Shown here in pieces: positions 56,877 through 64,000 of a DNA stretch of 64,000 nucleotides. The notes beneath the pieces are model-generated. The model was not told the DNA's origin, ran no database searches, and worked only from the letters and a program-made list of their open reading frames with translations. Numbering within the stretch: position 1 is the stretch's first letter; each line of letters starts with the position of its first letter. The position numbers and the translations under genes were made by a program. Source of the stretch: Candidatus Aenigmatarchaeota archaeon (GTDB taxonomy: Archaea > Aenigmatarchaeota > Aenigmatarchaeia > GW2011-AR5 > JACRAC01); the NCBI GenBank assembly GCA_016213555.1, contig JACRAC010000011.1, positions 8,841 through 72,840 of the forward strand. The letters are read 5' to 3'.

Positions 56877-58269
56877 TTATAAAAATCTTTTAGTTGATAA
56901 GGACAAAACCATAAGAGAAGTTATGAGAACTATAGATCTAAACGGTCTTTCCACAGCATTTCTTGTAGATAAAGAAAATAAATTATTTGCTATAATAACA
57001 GACGGTGATATACGTTCTGCTATTCTACACGGTGAAAAACTTGATACACCAGCAATGAAAATAGCAAATAAAACACCAGTAACAATAAATGAAAAAGAAA
57101 ATAGCAAAGAGGGAATTAAAAATTTCTTGAGAGATTCTAAAGTATCTGAAAAAATCCCTAAAAACAGCTCTTTGAAAGTACCAGTCCTTGATGATGATCG
57201 AAAGGTTATAGATCTTTTGTTTATATATTCAGGAGAAAAAATCCCTACTATAACAAAAAAACATAACAAAAAAGAAAATATTAAAAAAGTCCTTGTTGTT
57301 GGTGGAGCTGGTTATCTAGGGTCTTGTGTTTGTAAGAAACTTTTAGAAAGAGGATACAGTGTAAAAGTACTTGATAATTTAATGTTTGGAGATCATGGGA
57401 TAAAAAAAGTGTATGGCAATGAAAACTTTGAGTTTCTTAATGGAGATGTTAGAAATATATCTACAATAGTAGATGCTATAAAAGACGTCCAGGCTGTAAT
57501 TGATCTTGCAGCTATTGTTGGAGATCCTGCATGTGCACATAATCCTAAAAAAACTATAGAAATAAACAATTTTTCTACTAAGGTGTTGGCTGATATATGT
57601 AAATATAGCCAGATAAATCGTTTCATATTTGCTTCAACATGTAGCGTTTATGGAGCTTCAACAGACGAGAGATTGTTGAATGAAGACTCTGAATTAAATC
57701 CAGTTTCTTTGTACGCCGATATGAAACTTGCTACAGAAAAAATTCTGATGGATATATCTGATGAAAATTTCTCACCTACAATATTTAGGATGCCTACTCT
57801 CTTTGGTGCGTCTGATAGAATGAGATTTGATCTAGTTATTAATAGATTAACTGCTCAAGCTGCTAATAAAGAGAATATTACAGTCTTTGGAGGAGATCAG
57901 TGGAGACCTTTTATTCATGTAGAGGATGCTGCAGAGTTTTACGTGAAAGCCTTAGAATTACCTATAGAAACTATAGGCAATAAAATACTTAATGTTGGCA
58001 GTAGTGTTATGAATTATAAGATAATTGAAATTGCAAACATAATTAAAAAAATAACTTCAGCAAATATAGATATAAACCAAGCTGCTATAGATAAAAGAAA
58101 TTATAAAGTTGATTTTTCGTTATCAGAACGACTTTTCGGTATTAAACCTAGATTTGATATTGAAAAAGGAGTTAAGCAAATGCTCAATATAGATAAAAAA
58201 GTAATTGCTGATTATAAATCTGAGCTTTATAATAATGTTGATATGCAGAAGAAAGAGAGCCCAGAATAG
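56863..58269 (+). CDS. CBS-domain plus NAD-dependent epimerase/dehydratase fusion
   Basis: N-terminal TIREVM...ITDGDIR...VPVLD; then GGAGYLGS, LAAIVGDPAC, STCSVYG, YADMK, RFDLV. Confidence 0.85.
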   Translation: MLNNNYKNLLVDKDKTIREVMRTIDLNGLSTAFLVDKENKLFAIITDGDIRSAILHGEKLDTPAMKIANKTPVTINEKENSKEGIKNFLRDSKVSEKIPKNSSLKVPVLDDDRKVIDLLFIYSGEKIPTITKKHNKKENIKKVLVVGGAGYLGSCVCKKLLERGYSVKVLDNLMFGDHGIKKVYGNENFEFLNGDVRNISTIVDAIKDVQAVIDLAAIVGDPACAHNPKKTIEINNFSTKVLADICKYSQINRFIFASTCSVYGASTDERLLNEDSELNPVSLYADMKLATEKILMDISDENFSPTIFRMPTLFGASDRMRFDLVINRLTAQAANKENITVFGGDQWRPFIHVEDAAEFYVKALELPIETIGNKILNVGSSVMNYKIIEIANIIKKITSANIDINQAAIDKRNYKVDFSLSERLFGIKPRFDIEKGVKQMLNIDKKVIADYKSELYNNVDMQKKESPE

Positions 58270-59391
58270 TTATATAGACTCGTTAACTTTTTCTACTACA
58301 AATTCTTTTTCCTCATCTGTCATTGTTGGGTATATAGGTAAAGTTAAAACTCTTTTAGAAATATCTTCTGTGAGTTTCAATTTATCTTTATATTTTAGTA
58401 CATTTTTATAAAAATGTGAAAGATGAACTGGAGGGAAGTATACTTTACTCATGATACCATTTTTGTCTAAATTTTGTTGTAGTTTATCTCTTTGTTCTTC
58501 TGACTGTAATCTTATTGTATACATTTGATAAACATTTCTTCCGCCGCTTATTTCTACAGGAACACTGATCTCTTTTTGTAACTTTTTGTTATAAAATTTT
58601 GCAATTTCTCTTCTTTTTTCTATTATCTTCTCTAATTTTCTCATTTGACTTATTCCCAAAGCAGCAACTATTGTAGGTATACGGAAGTTATATCCTAGTG
58701 TTATATAGTCCATAGGAACGTTTGTATCAAAATAATTCTTTGTTTCAAGTCTTCCATGAGATCTAATAAGTTTAAGTTTTTCATAAATAGATCTATTTTT
58801 TGTTATTACAGCACCGCCTTCGCCTGTTGTTATTATTTTGTTTCCACAGAAACTCAGTACTGCAGAATCTCCAAAACTTCCAGCAAATTTACTATCTAAC
58901 TTTGATCCAAGAGCCTCTGCAGCGTCTTCTATTAATATGATATTTTTTTCTTCTGCTATTTTTTTAATTTCTTTTATCTTTGATGCAGTAGACCCGCCAT
59001 AATGTATAGGCATTATAGCCTTTGTGTTTTTAGTTATCTTTTCAGATATTGAGTCTGGATCGAGTGCATAAGTGTCTTCCTCTATATCTGCAAAAACAGG
59101 ATTTGCACCTACAAATTTAACAGCATTTGCGGTTGCTATAAATGTGAATGAAGGAACTATAACATCATCACCATGTTTTATTTCATGAGCTACTAATGAT
59201 GCGTGCAATGCACTTGTACCAGAATTAAATGTTAATACATAAGGGATGCCTAAATAGTCTGATATCATTTTTTCAAATTGTTGTATTTCAGGACCTAATG
59301 TCCAATACATATCTCTTTCTACGATCTTTCTGACTTCTTCCACGTCTTCATTATCTTTACAAACTTTGAATAACGGTATTTTCCAGTTCAT
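58270..59391 (-). CDS. DegT/DnrJ/EryC1/StrS PLP-dependent sugar aminotransferase
   Basis: NSGTSAL, FTFIAT, EDAAE, SFCGNK..TTGEGG, GYNFR. Confidence 0.92.
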   Translation of the reverse strand: MNWKIPLFKVCKDNEDVEEVRKIVERDMYWTLGPEIQQFEKMISDYLGIPYVLTFNSGTSALHASLVAHEIKHGDDVIVPSFTFIATANAVKFVGANPVFADIEEDTYALDPDSISEKITKNTKAIMPIHYGGSTASKIKEIKKIAEEKNIILIEDAAEALGSKLDSKFAGSFGDSAVLSFCGNKIITTGEGGAVITKNRSIYEKLKLIRSHGRLETKNYFDTNVPMDYITLGYNFRIPTIVAALGISQMRKLEKIIEKRREIAKFYNKKLQKEISVPVEISGGRNVYQMYTIRLQSEEQRDKLQQNLDKNGIMSKVYFPPVHLSHFYKNVLKYKDKLKLTEDISKRVLTLPIYPTMTDEEKEFVVEKVNESI

Positions 59392-59395
59392 ATAA

Positions 59396-60025
59396 TCACT
59401 TTATTAATCCCATTCTCTTCTTTAAAATTTGCTCAACTAGGAAGAAATCAGTAGGATCATCTATCTCTATATTCTGCTCTTTATCAATAATAACTTCTCC
59501 TAATTTATCTCCAAATAATGTACCTTTTCTTATTAAATCAGCGTTTATGACATAAACATTACCATCGTCATAGAAAAATCCTTTTATTTCTTGCCTAGGT
59601 TTTGTACATGTTCCGTATTTATTAAATTTACAATAAAATCCTGTAGCTAAAGAACCAACTTTTGTTTTCTTGAACTCTTCTACACATTTATCTATTAAAT
59701 TATCATCCCTTATGGGTGATGTAGGTTGTAAAAGTACTACCACGGCTGCATTTACTTTTGTAAGAACATGCTGTATTGCTGGAAGTGTTGGAGAATTATC
59801 TTCGGCTAGCTCTTTAGGTCTTTTCACAACTTCTGCTCCTGCGTTTTTTGCAACTTCTGATATTTCTTCATCTTCTGTAGAAACAATTATTCTTTTTATG
59901 TATTTTGATTTTTTGGCTGCTTCTATAGACCATACTAACAAAGGTTTACCAGCTATCATTTTTATATTCTTTCTTGGAATACCTTTGCTACCTCCTCTAG
60001 CTGGTATAACTGCAATTATTTCCAT
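59396..60025 (-). CDS. neuA: CMP-nonulosonic acid synthetase (acylneuraminate cytidylyltransferase)
   Basis: IPARGGSKGIPRKN, VSTED, LQPTSP, EIDD. Confidence 0.93.
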   Translation of the reverse strand: MEIIAVIPARGGSKGIPRKNIKMIAGKPLLVWSIEAAKKSKYIKRIIVSTEDEEISEVAKNAGAEVVKRPKELAEDNSPTLPAIQHVLTKVNAAVVVLLQPTSPIRDDNLIDKCVEEFKKTKVGSLATGFYCKFNKYGTCTKPRQEIKGFFYDDGNVYVINADLIRKGTLFGDKLGEVIIDKEQNIEIDDPTDFFLVEQILKKRMGLIK

Positions 60026-60029
60026 TTTA

Positions 60030-61196
60030 TCATTCCTTCAATCCAGTAGAAATAGCATTTGAAATCTTATTTATATGTTCGTCAGTCATATTCAAGCTTA
60101 TACCTATAGCTAATGCTCTGTTTAGTATTTCTTGTGATCTAGTCCATAACTTTTCTGGATTTTTATAATCTTCAGATATTTTAGGTAGCATATGATCCCA
60201 TGTTCCTGCAAAATGCCACTTAAATGCACTAGGTAAATTCTTAGTCTCAATCCCAACCTTTAATAATTCCTTTACAACATCTTTTGCAATTTTTGAATCT
60301 TTGACAAAGAAAATTAAACTATCTCCGGCTTCTTCTGTATCATTATGTTTTCTATATTCTATACCAGATATTTTATCTAATTCTTTCTTTAACCTTTTCT
60401 TATTTTCTCTTTGCTTATTTACTATCACATCCAATTTTTTTAGTTGTGCTACACCTATAGCTCCTTGAAGTTCACACATTCTGTAGTTAAATCCTGCTAT
60501 GGATCTCGTATCGTCAGCTCTACTAAATTTAGTATTATGCTCATGACCATGATCAGCAAACCAGTCTGCTTTATCTGCAAACTCCTTTTTGTCTGATACA
60601 ACCATCCCACCTTCCCCTGTTGTCAATACTTTTCCATAATCAAAACTAAATACTCCCATGTCGGCTATTGTGCCCAGCATCTTTCCTCTGTATTTAGCTC
60701 CAAGTGCTTGGCAAGAATCTTCAAGTACTAATATGCTATGTTTTTTTGCTATTTCAGTTATTTTTTTCATATCTGCAGCAGATCCATGCATATGAACAGG
60801 TACTATTATTTTTGTTTTTTTAGTTATCCTATTTTCTATATCATTTGGATCCATGTTAATAGAAAAATCAATATCAGTGAATACAGGCTTTGCTCCACAT
60901 GCAATTATCGCTTCAGCAGTTGCAACAAATGTATATGAAGACGTTATTACTTCATCTCCAGGTTTAATTCCCATTGCCATTAAAGCTGTGTGCAATGCTG
61001 CAGTACCTGATGTTACTGCATGTGAATATTTTACAGATAGTTTGTTAGAAAAGTTGGTTTCAAATTCTTTAACTTTCCATGAATTTCCTCTAAGTTTGTC
61101 AAATCCGTATCTGTAAAGAATACCTTTATTGTCAAAAATAGAATTTATTTCTTTTCTTTCTTCATCTCCTATAAGTTCAAACCCAGGCATACTCAT
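60030..61196 (-). CDS. DegT-family aminotransferase resembling KdnA (8-amino-Kdo transaminase)
   Basis: N-terminus MPGFELIG.EE, YRYGFD..R, SGTAAL, EDSCQA, SFDYGK..TTGEGG, DHGH.H, WHF...W. Confidence 0.85.
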   Translation of the reverse strand: MSMPGFELIGDEERKEINSIFDNKGILYRYGFDKLRGNSWKVKEFETNFSNKLSVKYSHAVTSGTAALHTALMAMGIKPGDEVITSSYTFVATAEAIIACGAKPVFTDIDFSINMDPNDIENRITKKTKIIVPVHMHGSAADMKKITEIAKKHSILVLEDSCQALGAKYRGKMLGTIADMGVFSFDYGKVLTTGEGGMVVSDKKEFADKADWFADHGHEHNTKFSRADDTRSIAGFNYRMCELQGAIGVAQLKKLDVIVNKQRENKKRLKKELDKISGIEYRKHNDTEEAGDSLIFFVKDSKIAKDVVKELLKVGIETKNLPSAFKWHFAGTWDHMLPKISEDYKNPEKLWTRSQEILNRALAIGISLNMTDEHINKISNAISTGLKE

Positions 61197-61224
61197 TAAT
61201 ATGCAGAAAGAGATTAAAACCCTT

Positions 61225-62097
61225 TCAAGTGTATCTATCATCTATAGATTTTCTATTTTTCATATCTTCAAAGGCTTGATCCATAGATTTAATTGAAATT
61301 CCTAATTTTCTTATTTTATCTGATCTTAACCCAGCTTTTAGTGGCCTTGGTGCAATATTTTTGAAATATTTTGTAGGCTTTCCTATTATTAAAGTATCGT
61401 TTAATCCAAATGACTTTGCTATATTTCTTGCAAAGTTGTCTCTAGCTATCCACTCTTCACCAACAACGTTGTAGATACCCTCACAGTCTTGATTCAACAT
61501 CTTTTCTATAGTTGACACAAGATCTTTTACATATGTAGGATTTCCAAACTGATCATTAGGTACAAAAAGCTCCTTTCCTGACGATAGTGTATCAAAAACT
61601 CTGTAAAAAAAGTTTTTTCTTGCCATTTCCCAACCAAAGATCCCTGTAGTCCTTATTATTAAGTGTTTTATACCAGAATTTATTATTTTTCTTTCACAAG
61701 ATACCTTTAGCTCGCCATAATAGTTTATAGGATTTGTTTTATCTTTTTCTGAATAAGGTCCTGAATTACCGTCAAATACGTAATCTGAAGAAAAGAACAC
61801 TATTTTAGACTTTTTTGACAAACATTTTATTATATTTTCTATAATACCGACATTTGTTTTAAATGCCAGCTCTTTTTCAATTTCACATTTATTTACATCT
61901 GGCATTGCAGCTGTAACAATAACTATTTCTGGAGATAGTTTATTTATTAGTTTTTTTGTTTCTTCAAAACATGTAGCATCAAGTTCTATAAAACTATTGA
62001 TTTTTTGACTCTTGTATGTAAATTTATAATTATCTTTTTTTTGTCTGTAGAATTCGTAACCAACTAATCCAGAACCACCTATAACTAGATTCGTCAT
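61225..62097 (-). CDS. RmlD-like NDP-4-keto-6-deoxyhexose reductase
   Basis: IGGSGLVG, SSDYVFDG, YGELK, DQFGNPTY, APRP. Confidence 0.88.
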   Translation of the reverse strand: MTNLVIGGSGLVGYEFYRQKKDNYKFTYKSQKINSFIELDATCFEETKKLINKLSPEIVIVTAAMPDVNKCEIEKELAFKTNVGIIENIIKCLSKKSKIVFFSSDYVFDGNSGPYSEKDKTNPINYYGELKVSCERKIINSGIKHLIIRTTGIFGWEMARKNFFYRVFDTLSSGKELFVPNDQFGNPTYVKDLVSTIEKMLNQDCEGIYNVVGEEWIARDNFARNIAKSFGLNDTLIIGKPTKYFKNIAPRPLKAGLRSDKIRKLGISIKSMDQAFEDMKNRKSIDDRYT

Positions 62098-62103
62098 TAT
62101 AAT

Positions 62104-62538
62104 CTACCATTTATAGGGTATGTTATTTTTATAAGGATCTTGTTTGACAGATTCTGAAGGATCGTGTTCTATGTCTGCAATATTTAATAACATATTAGTA
62201 CTTTTGCTAAGTCCTGTGAATCCTACCCATATCATAGGAGGAATTGTAAGCCTTTGATAGTTCTCTATTGATAGAATAATTTCATTTGTTTCTTTATAGG
62301 TTTTTGAGCCCTTTCTATCGTCGTACAAAACAAACTTTACTTCACCACAAGGTACTATTAAGTTCAATGTCATTTTTTTATGCATTTTCCACGCTTTTAC
62401 ACAATCTTTTTTAACTATAGAGAAATAGGCTTCTCCAAATTTGGTAAATGTAGAATCACTTTTTTTAAATGCATGCATAACATCTCCTAGTTCTCCAGGT
62501 AATATTTTAAGAGGTGTTAAAACTACTCCTTCAATCAT
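62104..62538 (-). CDS. RmlC-like cupin sugar epimerase
   Basis: GDVMH, FGEAYFS, KAWKMH, YDDR, IPPMIW.GF. Confidence 0.85.
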   Translation of the reverse strand: MIEGVVLTPLKILPGELGDVMHAFKKSDSTFTKFGEAYFSIVKKDCVKAWKMHKKMTLNLIVPCGEVKFVLYDDRKGSKTYKETNEIILSIENYQRLTIPPMIWVGFTGLSKSTNMLLNIADIEHDPSESVKQDPYKNNIPYKW

Positions 62539-63634
62539 TGTCTTTCACCCATTTTTGATTTCTTGAGAAAGCTATTCTTATGTATTCATCTATCTGCTCT
62601 TTAGACAACTTAAAAGGATCTTCAGTTTTTGAATAAAATTTCTTATACCAGTCTGTAGTTAGTTTTGCAGTTTCTTCAAATGTTAACGTTGATTGCCAGT
62701 TTAAAATATTAGCAGCTTTATCACAACATAATTTCAAGAGTTTTGCTTCTTTTCCATCATTTTTTACTGGTTTAACTTCTCTGTTTTTCCAATGTTTTCT
62801 CATTTCATTTACCAATGCTCTAACACTATAGCTTTGTATATCCTTAGGTCCAAAGTTAAATGCTTCTCCATTGAGTAAAGGATTTTCATGAAGAAGCTCT
62901 CCTAGTAGTAGATATCCGCTTAATGGTTCTAACACATGCTGCCAAGGTCTTGTTGCTTCCATATTTCTAATCTCAACGGCTTTATCTTCTGCCCATGCCT
63001 TTATACAATCCACGACAATTCTGTCTTGTGCCCAATCGCCGCCACCTATAACATTACCAGCTCTAGCAGAGCCAACCTTTACTTTACTTTCAGGATTGTT
63101 GAAGAATGAATTTGCATAGGTCTTTACCACAAGTTCAGCACATCCTTTAGATGCACTGTACGGATCTTTTCCACCTAGAGTATCTGTTTCTTTATACCCC
63201 CACACCCATTCTATGTTATCGTAACATTTATCACTTGTAATTATTATTGCACAGCATGTATTATTTGACTTTCTAAGAGCTTCTAAAATATTCATGGTGC
63301 CTATAACGTTAGTCTCTATTGTCTCTACAGGATCCTTAAAAGATTGTCTCACAAGAGGCTGTGCAGCTAGATGAAAAATAAAATCAGGCTTCACTTTGTT
63401 TATAACTTCTTGAACATCTTTCAAGGATCTTATATCTTTTTCAAAATTTTCTATCTTGTTTTCCAGTCCTATTTCTTTATAATGAGATAATTTTGTGGGG
63501 ATATCTATAGAAAATCCATACACTTTTGCACCTAATGTATGTAACCATAAACTTAACCAAGAACCTTTGAATCCTGTACTTCCTGTTACAAGTACCTTTT
63601 TATTTTTATATATGTCGTTGAAAAGAGCGTACAT
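62531..63634 (-). CDS. rfbG: CDP-glucose 4,6-dehydratase
   Basis: TG.TGFKGSWL, AAQPLV, TSDKCY, DPYSASK, RAGNVIGGGDW, RPWQHVLEPL. Confidence 0.95.
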   Translation of the reverse strand: MYALFNDIYKNKKVLVTGSTGFKGSWLSLWLHTLGAKVYGFSIDIPTKLSHYKEIGLENKIENFEKDIRSLKDVQEVINKVKPDFIFHLAAQPLVRQSFKDPVETIETNVIGTMNILEALRKSNNTCCAIIITSDKCYDNIEWVWGYKETDTLGGKDPYSASKGCAELVVKTYANSFFNNPESKVKVGSARAGNVIGGGDWAQDRIVVDCIKAWAEDKAVEIRNMEATRPWQHVLEPLSGYLLLGELLHENPLLNGEAFNFGPKDIQSYSVRALVNEMRKHWKNREVKPVKNDGKEAKLLKLCCDKAANILNWQSTLTFEETAKLTTDWYKKFYSKTEDPFKLSKEQIDEYIRIAFSRNQKWVKDND

Positions 63635-63635
63635 T

Positions 63636-63998
63636 TTAATCATCCCATTTTTTCCATATAGGATTTGTTTTCCATAAGCTCTCCAATAATTGGAGGTCTC
63701 TAAAAGTATCCATACATTGCCAAAATCCTAGATGTTTATATACCATTAGCTGCTTATCATTTGCTAAATTTATTAGAGGCTCCTTTTCTAGTACACAACT
63801 GTCTTTATCTGATAGATACTTAAAAAACTCCTTATTAAGTACAAAAAACCCACCGTTTATGAATCTCTGATCCTTAAAATTATCAGGTTTTTCAGTAAAA
63901 CTTGTTACTTGATTATTATCTATTATAAGCTCTCCAAATCTTGATGGTGGACGGACTCCTGTAACAGTTCCTATTTTTCCATGAGATTTATGAAATTT
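63636..63998 (-). CDS. rfbF: Glucose-1-phosphate cytidylyltransferase, C-terminal part (runs off the window)
   Basis: Manual translation (absent from the ORF track): FHKSHGKIGTVTGVRPPSRFG...FTEKP...INGGFFV...LEKEPL...GFWQCMDTFRD...WKKWDD*. Confidence 0.92.
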   Translation of the reverse strand, partial: KFHKSHGKIGTVTGVRPPSRFGELIIDNNQVTSFTEKPDNFKDQRFINGGFFVLNKEFFKYLSDKDSCVLEKEPLINLANDKQLMVYKHLGFWQCMDTFRDLQLLESLWKTNPIWKKWDD

Positions 63999-64000
63999 TA

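Noticed and set aside
1633-63677. Many 60-185 aa ORFs antisense to or nested in long genes (for example 18988-19542, 14202-14618, 37826-38197, 59670-60062)
   Set aside because: They are shadows of well-supported genes on the other strand or frame, have Ser/Ile/Phe-rich composition and no motifs
44918-64000. Glycan island as a mobile element or provirus
   Set aside because: No integrase, transposase, terminal repeats or tRNA attachment site visible; base composition resembles the rest of the window

Overview
AT-rich (roughly 30% GC), tightly packed archaeal chromosome segment with GGTG/GAGG ribosome-binding sites and ATGA-type gene overlaps. The compact layout and divergent core proteins suggest a DPANN lineage such as Aenigmarchaeota (inference). 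It contains: (1) an N-glycosylation locus with GT4, GT2, a GT-C-like membrane protein, a flippase-like protein and an oligosaccharyltransferase AglB encoded as two ORFs; (2) replication and repair genes: PolB with a PIP box and PolD-DP2-like C-terminal Zn finger, a degenerate PolD small subunit DP1, cdc6 beside an ORB-containing origin candidate, topA, radB, hjc and dnaG; (3) proteostasis genes: cdc48 flanked by a Cas2/VapD-like gene and a HExxH zincin, map, a NAC-like protein and secDF; (4) lipid genes: thiolase/HMG-CoA synthase/DUF35, HMG-CoA reductase, a geranylgeranyl reductase-like enzyme and pssA-psd; (5) a surface-glycan island of about 20 kb for a modified nonulosonic acid and a CDP-6-deoxyhexose. 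I saw no rRNA, tRNA, CRISPR array or transposase. The best candidates for undescribed biology are: a PolB plus inactivated DP1 pair that could form a eukaryote-like two-subunit replicase; a Cdc48-zincin module and a microprotein that share an acidic Y-[IT]-G C-terminal tail; the split AglB; and a KdnA/KdnB-like amination module inside a nonulosonic acid pathway. All family calls come from reading motifs by eye; no database searches were run.
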